A stretch of 64,000 nt of DNA from Eledone cirrhosa (Eukaryota): positions 184,884,001 to 184,948,000 of the forward strand of contig OZ024742.1 in assembly GCA_964016885.1 (NCBI GenBank), given 5' to 3'. Positions 13,601 to 24,700 of the stretch are shown piece by piece. Numbering within the stretch: the stretch's first letter is position 1; every line of letters starts with the position of its first letter. Under the pieces are notes generated by a model that saw only the letters and a program-made list of their open reading frames with translations, was not told the origin of the DNA and ran no database searches. The position numbers and the translations under genes were made by a program.

Positions 13601-16600
13601 TTTGGGGTTAAGTTAAGTTGGGGCTAAGTTAAGTTGGGGTTAAGTTAATTTGGGGTTAAGTTAAGTTGGGGTTAAGTTAAGTTGGGGTTATGTTAAGTTG
13701 GGGTTAAGTTAAGTTGGGGCTAAGTTAAGTTGGGGCTAAGTTAAGTTGGGGTTAAGTTAAGTTGGGCTTAAGTTAAGTTGGGGTCAACTTAAGTTGGGGC
13801 TAAGTTAAGTTGGGGTTAAGTTAAGTTGGGGCTAAGTTAAGTTGGAGTTAAGTTAAGTTGGGGTTAAATTAAGTTGGGGTCAACGTAAGTTGGGGTTAAG
13901 TTAAGTTGGGGTTAAGTTAATTTGGGGGTAAGTTAAGTTGGGGTTAAGTTAAGTTGGGGTTAAGTTAAGTTGGGGTTAAGTTAAGTTGGGGCTGAGTTAA
14001 ATTGGGGCTGTGTTAAGTTGGGGTTAAGTTAAGTTGGGGTTAAGTTAAGTTGGGGTTAAGTTAAGTTGGGGTTAAGTTGGGGTTAAATTAAGTTGGGGTT
14101 AATTTAAGTTGGGGTTAAGTTAAGTTGGGTTTAGGTTAAGTTGGGGTTGAGTTAAGTTGGGGTTAAGTTAAGTTGGGGTTAATTTAAGTTGGGGTTAAGT
14201 TAAGTTGGGGCTGAGTTAAGTTGGGGTTAAGTTAAGTTGGGGTTGAGTTAAGTTGGGGTTAAGTTAAGTTGGGGTTAAGTTAAGTCGGGGTTAAGTTAAG
14301 TTGGGATTAAGTTAAGTTGGGGTTCAGTTAAGTTGCGGTGAAGTTAAGTTGGGGTTAACTTAAGTCGGGGTTAAGTTAAGTTTGGGTTAAGTTAAGTTGG
14401 GGTCAAGTTAAGTTGGGGTTAAGTTAAGTTGGGGTTATGTTAAGTTGGGGTTAAGTTAAGTTGGGGTTAAGTTAAGTCGGGGTTAAGTTAAGTTGGGGTT
14501 AAGTTAAGGTGGGGTTAAGTTAAGTTGGGGTCAAGTTAAGTTGGGGTTAAGTTAAGTTGGGGTTAAGTTAAGTCACGGTTAAGTTAAGTTGGAGTTAAGT
14601 TAAGATGGGGTTAAGTTAAGTTGGGGTTAAGTTAAGTTGGGGTTAAGATAAGTTGGGGTTAAGTTAAGTTGGGGTTGAGTTAAGTTGGGGTTGAGTTAAT
14701 TGGGGTTAAGTTAAGTTGGGGTTAACTTAAGTTGGGTTTAAGTTAAGTTGGGGTTAAGTTAAGTTGGGGTTAAATTAAGTTGGGGTTAAGATAAGTTGGG
14801 GTTAAGTTAAGTCGGGGTTAAGTTAAGTCGGGGTTAAGTTAAGTTGGGGTTAAGTTAAATTGGTGTTAAGTTAAGTTGGGGCTCAGTTAAGTTGGGGTTG
14901 AGTTAAGTTGGGGTCAAGTTAAGTTGGGACTAAGCTAAGTTGGGGTTAAGTTAAGTTGGGGTTAAGTTAAGTTGGCGCTAAGTTTAGTGAAGGTTAAGTT
15001 AAGTTGGAGTTGAGTTAAGTTGGGGTTAAGTTAAGTTGGGGTTAAGTTAAGTTAGGGTTAAATTAAGCTTGGGTTAAGTTAAGTTGGGGTTGAGTTAATT
15101 TGGGGTTGAGTTAAGTTGGGGTTGAGTTAAGTTGGGGTTGAGTTAAGTTGGGGTTAAGTTAAGTTGGGGTTAACTTAAGTTGGGGTTAAGTTAAGTTGGG
15201 GTCAATTTAAGTTGAGGTTAAGTTAACTTGGGATTAAGTTAAGTTGGGGTTAACTTAAATTGAGGTTAAGTTAAGTTGGGGTTAAGTTAAGTTGGGGGTA
15301 AGTTAAGTTGGGGGTAAGTTAAGTTTGGGTTAAGTTGGGGTTAAGTTAAGTTAGGGTTAAGTTACGTTGGGGTTGAGTTAAGTTGGGGTTAATTTAAATT
15401 GGGGTTAAGTTAACTTTGTGGTTCAGTTAAGTTGGGGTTAAGTTAAGTTGGGGCTTATTTAAGTTGGGGTTAAGTTAAGTTGTGGTTAAGTTAAGTTGGG
15501 GTTAAGTTAAGTTGGGGTTAAGTTAAGTTGGGGTTAAGTTAAGTTGGGGTTAAGTTAAGTTGGGGTTAAGTTAAGTCGGGGTTAAGTTAATTTGGGGTTC
15601 AGTTAAGTTGGGGTTAAGTTAAGTTGGGGCTTATTTAAGTTGGGGTTAAGTTAAGTTGTGGTTAAGTTAAGTTGGGGTTAAGTTAAGTCGGGGTTAAGTT
15701 AAGTCGGGGTTAAGTTAAGTTGTGGTTAAGTTAAGTTGGGGTTAAGTTAAGTTGGGGTTAAGTTAAGTTAGGGATAAGCTAAGTTGGCGTTAAGTTAAGT
15801 TGGGGTTAAGTTAAGTTGGGGTTAAGTTAAGTTGTGGTTAAGTTAAGTTGGGGCTGAGTTAAGTTGGGGTCAAGTTAAGTTGGGGTTGAGTTAAGTTGGG
15901 GTTAAGTTAACTTGGGGTTAATTTAAGTTGGGGTTAAGTCAAATTGGGTTTGAGTTAAGTTAGGGTTAAGTTAAGTTGGGGTTAAGTTAAGTTGGGGTTA
16001 AGTTAAGTTGGGGTTAAGTTAAGTTGGGGTTAAATTAAGCTGGGTTTAAGTTAAGTTGGGGTTAAGTTAAGTTGGGGTTAAGTTAAGTTGGGGTTAAGTT
16101 AAGTTGAGGTTAAGTTAAGTTGGGGTTAAGTTAAGTTGGGGATAAGTTAAGTTGAGTTTAAGTTAAGTTGGAGTTAATTTAAGTTGAGGTTAAGTTAAGT
16201 TGTGGTAAAGTTAAGTTGGGGTTAAGTTAAGTTGGGGTTAAGTTAAGTTGGGGTTCAGTTAAGTTGGGGTTAAGTTAAGTAGGGGTTCAGTTGTGGTTAA
16301 ATTAAGTTGGGGTTAAGTTAAGTTGGGGTTAAGTTAAGTTGGGGTTAAGTTAAGTTGGGGTTAAGTTAAGTTGGGGTTGAGTTAAGTTGGGGTTAAGTTA
16401 AGTCGGGGTTAAGTTAAGTTGTGGTTAAGTTAAGTTGGGGTTAAGTTAAGTTGGGGTTAAGTTAAGTTGGGGTTGAGTTAAGTTGGGGTTAAGTTAAGTT
16501 GGGTTTAAGTTAAGTTGGGGTTAAGTTAAGTTGGGGTTAAGTTAAGGTGGGGTTAAGTTAAGTTGGGGTTAAGTTAAGTCGGGGTTAAGTTAAGTTGGGG

Positions 16601-18249
16601 TTAAGTTAAGTTGGGGTTAAGTTAAGTTGGGGTTAAGTTAAGTTCGGGTTAAGATAAGTTGGGGTTAAGTTAAGTTGGGGTTGAGTTAAGTTGGGGTTGA
16701 GTTAATTTGGGGTTAAGTTAAGTTGGGGTTAACTTAAATTGGGGTTAAGTTAAGTTGGCGTTCAGTTAAGTTGCGGTTAAGTTAAGTTGGGGTTAACTTA
16801 AGTCGGGTTTAAGTTAAGTTGGGGTTAAGTTAAGTTGGGGTCAAGTTAAGTTGGGGTTAAGTTAAGTTGGAGTTAAGTTAAGTTGGGGTTAAGTTAAGTC
16901 GGGGTTAAGTTAAGTTGGGGTTAAGTTAAGTTGGGGTTAAGTTAAGTTGGGGTCAAGTTAAGTTGGGGTTAAGTTAAGTTGGGGTTAATTTAAGTTGGGG
17001 TTAAGTTAAGTCGCGGTTAAGTTAAGTAGGGGTTAAGTTAAGATGGGGTTAAGTTAAGTTGTGGTTAAGTTAAGTTGGGGTTAAGATAAGTTGGGGTTAA
17101 GTTAAGTTGCGGTTGAGTTAAGTTGGGGTTGAGTTAATTGGGGTTAAGTTAAGTTGGGGTTAACTTAAGTTGGGTTTAAGTTAAGTTGGGGTTAAGTTAA
17201 GTTGGGGTTAAATTAAGTTGGGGTTATGATAAGTTGGGGTTAAGTTAAGTCGGGGTTAAGTTATGTCGGGGTTAAGTTAAGTTGGGGTTAAGTTAACTTG
17301 GTGTTAAGTTAAGTTGGGGTTCAGTTAAGTTGGGGTTGAGTTAAGTTGGGGGTCAAGTTAAGTTGGGGTTAAGCTAAGTTTTGGTTAAGTTAAGTTGGGG
17401 CTGAGTTAAGTTGGGGTCAAGTTAAGTTGGGGTTGAGTTAAGAAGGGGTTAAGTTAACTTGGGGTTAAGTTAACTTGGGGTTAAGTTAAGTTGGGGTTAA
17501 GTTAAGTTGGGGTTAAGTTAAGTTGGGGTTAAGTTAAGTTGGGGTTAAGATAAGTTGGGGTTAAGTTAAGTTGGGGTTGAGTTAAGTTGGGGTTGAGTTA
17601 ATTTGGGGTTAAGTTAAGTTGGGGTTAACTTAAGTTGGGGTTCAGTTAAGTTGGCGTTCAGTTAAGTTGCGGTGAAGTTAAGTTGGGGTTAACTTAAGTC
17701 GGGGTTAAGTTAAGTTGGGGTTAAGTTAAGTTGGGGTCAAGTTAAGTTGGGGTTAAGTTAAGTTGGGGTTATGTTAAGTTGGGGTTAAGTTAAGTTGGGG
17801 TTAAGTTAAGTCGGGGTTAAGTTAAGTTGGGGTTAAGTTAAGTTGGGGTTAAGTTAAGTTGGGGTCAAGTTAAGTTGGGGTTAAGTTAAGTTGGGGTTAA
17901 GTTAAGTCGCGGTTAAGTTAAGTTGGGGTTAAGTTAAGATGGGGTTAAGTTAAGTTGGGGTTAAGTTAAGTTGGGGTTAAGATAAGTTGGGGTTAAGTTA
18001 AGTTGGGGTTGAGTTAAGTTGGGGTTGAGTTAATTGGGGTTAAGTTAAGTTGGGGTTAACTTAAGTTGGGTTTAAGTTAAGTTGGCGTTAAGTTAAGTTG
18101 GGGTTAAATTAAGTTGGGGTTAAGATAAGTTGGGGTTAAGTTAAGTCGGTGTTAAGTTAAGTCGGGGTTAAGTTAAGTTCGGGTTAAGTTAACTTGCTGT
18201 TAAGTTAAGTTGGGGCTCAGTTACGTTGGGGTTGAGTTAAGTTGGGGTC

Positions 18250-19500
18250 AAGTTAAGTTGGGACTAAGCTAAGTTGGGGTTAAGTTAAGTTGGGGTTAAG
18301 TTAAGTTGGCGCTAAGTTAAGTGAAGGTTAAGTTAAGTTGGGGTTGAGTTAAGTTGGGGTTAAGTTAAGTTGGGGTTGAGTTAAGTTGGGGTTGAGTTAA
18401 GTTGGGGTTGAGTTAAGTTGGGGTTACGTTAAGTTGGGGTTAAGTTAAGTTGGGGTTAAGTTAAGTTTAGGTTAACTTAAGTTGGGGTTAAGTTAAGTTG
18501 GGGTTAAGTTAAGTTGGGACTAAGTTAAGTTGGGGCTAAGTTAAGTTGGAGCTAAGTTAAGTTGGGGTTAAATTAAGGTGGGGTTTAGTTAAGTTGGGGT
18601 TGAATTAAGTTGGGGTTGAGTTAAGTTGGGGTTAAGTTAAGTTGGGGTTAAGTTAAGTTAGGGTTAACTTAAGTTGGGGTTAAGTTAAGTTGGGGTTGAT
18701 TTAAGTTGGGGTTTAATTAAGTTGGGGTTGAGTTAAGTTGGGGTTGAGTTAAGTTGGGCTTGAGTTAAGTTGGGGTTGAGTTAAGTTGGGCTTATCTTAA
18801 GTTGGGGTTAATTTAAGATGGGGTTAATTTAAGTTGGGGTTAAGTTAATTTGGGGTTATGTTAAGTTGGGGCTAAGTTAAGTTGGGACTAAGCTAAGTTG
18901 GGGTTAAGTTAAGTTGGGGTTAAGTTAAGTTGGCGCTAAGTTAAGTGAAGGTTAAGTTAAGTTGGGGTTGAGTTAAGTTGGGGTTAAGTTAAGTTGGGGT
19001 TGAGTTAAGTTGGGGTTGAGTTAAGTTGGGGTTGAGTTAAGTTGGGGTTACGTTAAGTTGGGGTTAAGTTAAGTTGGGGTTAAGTTAAGTTTAGGTTAAC
19101 TTAAGTTGGGGTTAAGTTAAGTTGGGGTTAAGTTAAGTTGGGACTAAGTTAAGTTGGGGCTAAGTTAAGTTGGAGCTAAGTTAAGTTGGGGTTAAATTAA
19201 GGTGGGGTTTAGTTAAGTTGGGGTTGAATTAAGTTGGGGTTGAGTTAAGTTGGGGTTAAGTTAAGTTGGGGTTAAGTTAAGTTAGGGTTAACTTAAGTTG
19301 GGGTTAAGTTAAGTTGGGGTTGAGTTAAGTTGGGGTTTAATTAAGTTGGGGTTGAGTTAAGTTGGGGTTGAGTTAAGTTGGGCTTGAGTTAAGTTGGGGT
19401 TGAGTTAAGTTGGGCTTATCTTAAGTTGGGGTTAATTTAAGATGGGGTTAATTTAAGTTGGGGTTAAGTTAATTTGGGGTTATGTTAAGTTGGGGCTAAG
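18250..19500 (+). repeat. 624-bp (39-monomer) tandem duplication; also present at ~26635-27815 and ~32735-33980
   Basis: CTTATCT at 18791/19415, 27173/27797 and 33273/33897, each +624 = 39x16. ACTAAGCTAAG at 18263/18887. Both copies share the GGAGCTAAG and TTGAATTAAG variants. Confidence 0.9.
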
Positions 19501-21718
19501 TTAAGTTGGGTCTAAGTTAAGTTGGGGTTAAGTTAAGTTGGGGTTAAGTTAAGTTGGGGTAAACTTAAGTTGGGGCTAAGTTAAGTTGGGGTTAAGTTAA
19601 GTTGCGGCTAAGTTAAGTTGGGGTTAAGTTAAGTTGGGGTTAAATTAAGTTGGGGTCAACGTAAGTTGGGGTTAAGTTAAGTTGGGGTTAAGTTAATTTG
19701 GGGGTAAGTTAAGTTGGGGTTAAGTTAAGTTGGGGTTAAGTTAAGTTGGGGTTAAGTTAAGTTGGGGCTGAGTTAAGTTGGGGCTGTGTTAAGTTGGGGT
19801 TAAGTTAAGTTGGGGTTAAGTTAAGTTGGGGTTAAGTTGGGGTTAAATTAAGTTGGGGTTAATTTAAGTTGGGGTTAAGTTAAGTTGGGTTTAGGTTAAG
19901 TTGGGGTTGAGTTAAGTTGGGGTTAAGTTAAGTTGGGGTTAATTTAAGTTGGGGTTAAGTTAAGTTGGGGCTGAGTTAAGTTGGGGTTAAGTTAAATTGG
20001 GGTTGAGTTAAGTTGGGGTTAAGTTAAGTTGGGGTTAAGTTAAGTCGGGGTTAAGTTAAGTTGGGGTTAAGTTAAGTTGGGGTTAAGTTAAGTTGGGGTT
20101 AAGTTAAGTTGGGGTTAAGTTAAGTTGGGGTTAAGATAAGTTGGGGTTAAGTTAAGTTGGGGTTGAGTTAAGTTGGGGTTGAGTTAATTTGGGGTTAAGT
20201 TAAGTTGGGGTTAACTTAAGTTGGGGTTCAGTTAAGTTGGCGTTCAGTTAAGTTGCGGTGAAGTTAAGTTGGGGTTAACTTAAGTCGGGGTTAAGTTAAG
20301 TTGGGGTTAAGTTAAGTTGGGGTCAAGTTAAGTTGGGGTTAAGTTAAGTTGGGGTTATGTTAAGTTGGGGTTAAGTTAAGTTGGGGTTAAGTTAAGTCGG
20401 GGTTAAGTTAAGTTGGGGTTAAGTTAAGTTGGGGTTAAGTTAAGTTGGGGTCAAGTTAAGTTGGGGTTAAGTTAAGTTGGGGTTAAGTTAAGTCGCGGTT
20501 AAGTTAAGTTGGGGTTAAGTTAAGATGGGGTTAAGTTAAGTTGGGGTTAAGTTAAGTTGGGGTTAAGATAAGTTGGGGTTAAGTTAATTTGGGGTTGAGT
20601 TAAGTTGGGGTTGAGTTAATTGGGGTTAAGTTAAGTTGGGGTTGAGTTAAGTTGGGGTTGAGTTAAGTTGGGGTTGAGTTAAGTTGGGGTTACGTTAAGT
20701 TGGGGTTAAGTTAAGTTGGGGTTAAGTTAAGTTTAGGTTAACTTAAGTTGGGGTTAAGTTAAGTTGGGGTTAAGTTAAGTTGGGGCTAAGTTAAGTTGGG
20801 GCTAAGTTAAGTTGGGGCTAAGTTAAGTTGGGGTTAAGTTAAGGTGGGGTTTAGTTAAGTTGGGGTTGAGTTAAGTTGGGGTTGAGTTAAGTTGGGGTTG
20901 AGTTAAGTTGGGGTTGAGTTAAGTTGGGCTTGAGTTAAGTTGGGGTTGAGTTAAGTTGGGCTTATCTTAAGTTGGGGTTAATTTAAGATGGGGTTAAGTT
21001 AAGTTGGGGTTAAGTTAATTTGGGGTTAAGTTAAGTTGGGGTTAAGTTAAGTTGGGGTTATGTTAAGTTGGGGTTAAGTTAAGTTGGGGTTAAGTTAACT
21101 TGCTGTTAAGTTAAGTTGGGGCTCAGTTAAGTTGGGGTTGAGTTAAGTTGGGGTCAAGTTAAGTTGGGACTAAGCTAAGTTGGGGTTAAGTTAAGTTGGG
21201 GTTAAGTTAAGTTGGCGCTAAGTTAAGTGAAGGTTAAGTTAAGTTGGGGTTGAGTTAAGTTGGGGTTAAGTTAAGTTGGGGTTGAGTTAAGTTGGGGTTG
21301 AGTTAAGTTGGGGTTGAGTTAAGTTGGGGTTACGTTAAGTTGGGGTTAAGTTAAGTTGGGGTTAAGTTAAGTTTAGGTTAACTTAAGTTGGGGTTAAGTT
21401 AAGTTGGGGTTAAGTTAAGTTGGGGCTAAGTTAAGTTGGGGCTAAGTTAAGTTGGGGCTAAGTTAAGTTGGGGTTAAGTTAAGGTGGGGTTTAGTTACGT
21501 TGGGGTTGAGTTAAGTTGGGGTTGAGTTAAGTTGGGGTTAAGTTAAGTTGGGGTTAAGTTAAGTTAGGGTTAACTTAAGTTGGGGTTAAGTTAAGTTGGG
21601 GTTGAGTTAAGTTGGGGTTTAATTAAGTTGGGGTTGAGTTAAGTTGGGGTTGAGTTAAGTTGGGGTTAAGTTAATTTGGGGTTAAGTTAAGTTGGGGTTA
21701 AGTTAAGTTGGGGTTATG

Positions 21719-24700
21719 TTAAGTTGGGGTTAAGTTAAGTTGAGGTTAACTTAAGTTGGGGTTAAGTTAAGTTGGGGTTAAGTTAAGTTGGGGCTAAGTT
21801 AAGTTGGGGCTAAGTTAAGTTGGGGTTAAGTTAAGTTGGGGTTAAGTTAAGTTGGGGTCAACTTAAGTTGGGGCTAAGTTAAGTTGGGGTTAAGTTAAGT
21901 TGCGGCTAAGTTAAGTTGGGGTTAAGTTAAGTTGGGGTTAAATTAAGTTGGGGTCAACGTAAGTTGGGGTTAAGTTAAGTTGGGGTTAAGTTAATTTGGG
22001 GGTAAGTTAAGTTGGGGTTAAGTTAAGTTGGGGTTAAGTTAAGTTGGGGTTAAGTTAAGTTGGGGCTGAGTTAAGTTGGGGCTGTGTTAAGTTGGGGTTA
22101 AGTTAAGTTGGGGTTAAGTTAAGTTGGGGTTAAGTTGGGGTTAAATTAAGTTGGGTTTAGGTTAAGTTGGGGTTGAGTTAAGTTGGGGTTAAGTTAAGTT
22201 GGGGTTAATTTAAGTTGGGGTTAAGTTAAGTTGGGGCTGAGTTAAGTTGGGGTTAAGTTAAGTTGGGGTTGAGTTAAGTTGGGGTTAAGTTAAGTTGGGG
22301 TTAAGTTAAGTCGGGGTTAAGTTAAGTTGGGGTTAAGTTAAGTTGGGGTTAAGTTAAGTTGGGGTTAAGTTAAGTTGGGGTTAAGTTAAGTTGGGGTTAA
22401 GATAAGTTGGGGTTAAGTTAAGTTGGGGTTGAGTTAAGTTGGGGTTGAGTTAATTTGGGGTTAAGTTAAGTTGGGGTTAACTTAAGTTGGGGTTCAGTTA
22501 AGTTGGCGTTCAGTTAAGTTGCGGTGAAGTTAAGTTGGGGTTAACTTAAGTCGGGGTTAAGTTAAGTTGGGGTTAAGTTAAGTTGGGGTCAAGTTAAGTT
22601 GGGGTTAAGTTAAGTTGGGGTTATGTTAAGTTGGGGTTAAGTTAAGTTGGGGTTAAGTTAAGTCGGGTTTAAGTTAAGTTGGGGTTAAGTTAAGTTGGGG
22701 TTAAGTTAAGTTGGGGTCAAGTTAAGTTGGGGTTAAGTTAAGTTGGGGTTAAGTTAAGTCGCGGTTAAGTTAAGTTGGGGTTAAGTTAAGATGGGGTTAA
22801 GTTAAGTTGGGGTTAAGTTAAGTTGGGGTTAAGATAAGTTGGGGTTAAGTTAAGTTGGGGTTGAATTAAGTTGGGGTTGAGTTAATTGGGGTTAAGTTAA
22901 GTTGGGGTTAACTTAAGTTGGGTTTAAGTTAAGTTGGGGTTAAGTTAAGTTGGGGTTAAATTAAGTTGGGGTTAAGATAAGTTGGGGTTAAGTTAAGTCG
23001 GGGTTAAGTTAAGTCGGGGTTAAGTTAAGTTGGGGTTAAGTTAACTTGGTGTTAAGTTAAGTTGGGGCTCAGTTAAGTTGGGGTTGAGTTAAGTTGGGGT
23101 CAAGTTAAGTTGGGACTAAGCTAAGTTGGGGTTAAGTTAAGTTGGGGTTAAGTTAAGTTGGCGCTAAGTTAAGTGAAGGTTAAGTTAAGTTGGGGTTGAG
23201 TTAAGTTGGGGTTAATTTAAGTTGGGGTTGAGTTAAGTTGGGGTTGAGTTAAGTTGGGGTTGAGTTAAGTTGGGGTTACGTTAAGTTGGGGTTAAGTTAA
23301 GTTGGGGTTAAGTTAAGTTTAGGTTAACTTAAGTTGGGGTTAAGTTAAGTTGGGGTTAAGTTAAGTTGGGGCTAAGTTAAGTTGGGGCTAAGTTAAGTTG
23401 GGGCTAAGTTAAGTTGGGGTTAAGTTAAGGTGGGGTTTAGTTAAGTTGGGGTTGAGTTAAGTTGGGGTTGAGTTAAGTTGGGGTTAAGTTAAGTTGGGGT
23501 TAAGTTAAGTTAGGGTTAACTTAAGTTGGGGTTAAGTTAAGTTGGGGTTGAGTTAAGTTGGGGTTTAATTAAGTTGGGGTTGAGTTAAGTTGGGGTTGAG
23601 TTAAGTTGGGCTTGAGTTAAGTTGGGGTTGAGTTAAGTTGGGCTTATCTTAAGTTGGGGTTAATTTAAGATGGGGTTAAGTTAAGTTGGGGTTAAGTTAA
23701 TTTGGGGTTAAGTTAAGTTGGGGTTAAGTTAAGTTGGGGTTATGTTAAGTTGTGGTTAAGTTAAGTTGGGGTTAAGTTAAGTTGGGGTTAAGTTAAGTTG
23801 GGGTTAAGTTAAGTTGGGGTTAAATTAAGCTGGGTTGAAGTTAAGTTGGGGTTAAGTTAAGTTGGGGTTAAGTTAAGTTGGGGTTAAGTTAAGTTGGGGT
23901 TAAGTTAAGTCGGGGTTAAGTTAATTTGGGGTTCAGTTAAGTTGGGGTTAAGTTAAGTTGGGGCTTATTTAAGTTGGGGTTAAGTTAAGTTGTGGTTAAG
24001 TTAAGTTGGGGTTAAGTTAAGTCGGGGTTAAGTTAAGTCGGGGTTAAGTTAAGTTGTGGTTAAGTTAAGTTGGGGTTAAGTTAAGTTGGGGTTAAGTTAA
24101 GTTAGGGATAAGCTAAGTTGGCGTTAAGTTAAGTTGGGGTTAAGTTAAGTTGGGGTTAAGTTAAGTTGTGGTTAAGTTAAGTTGGGGCTGAGTTAAGTTG
24201 GGGTCAAGTTAAGTTGGGGTTGAGTTAAGTTGGGGTTAAGTTAACTTGGGGTTAATTTAAGTTGGGGTTAAGTCAAATTGGGTTTGAGTTAAGTTAGGGT
24301 TAAGTTAAGTTGGGGTTAAGTTAAGTTGGGGTTAAGTTAAGTTGGGGTTAAGTTAAGTTGGGGTTAAATTAAGCTGGGTTTAAGTTAAGTTGGGGTTAAG
24401 TTAAGTTGGGGTTAAGTTAAGTTGGGGTTAAGTTAAGTTGAGGTTAAGTTAAGTTGGGGTTAAGTTAAGTTGGGGATAAGTTAAGTTGAGTTTAAGTTAA
24501 GTTGGAGTTAATTTAAGTTGAGGTTAAGTTAAGTTGTGGTAAAGTTAAGTTGGGGTTAAGTTAAGTTGGGGTTAAGTTAAGTTGGGGTTCAGTTAAGTTG
24601 GGGTTAAGTTAAGTAGGGGTTCAGTTGGGGTTAAATTAAGTTGGGGTTAAGTTAAGTTGGGGTTAAGTTAAGTTGGGGTTAAGTTAAGTTGGGGTTAAGT

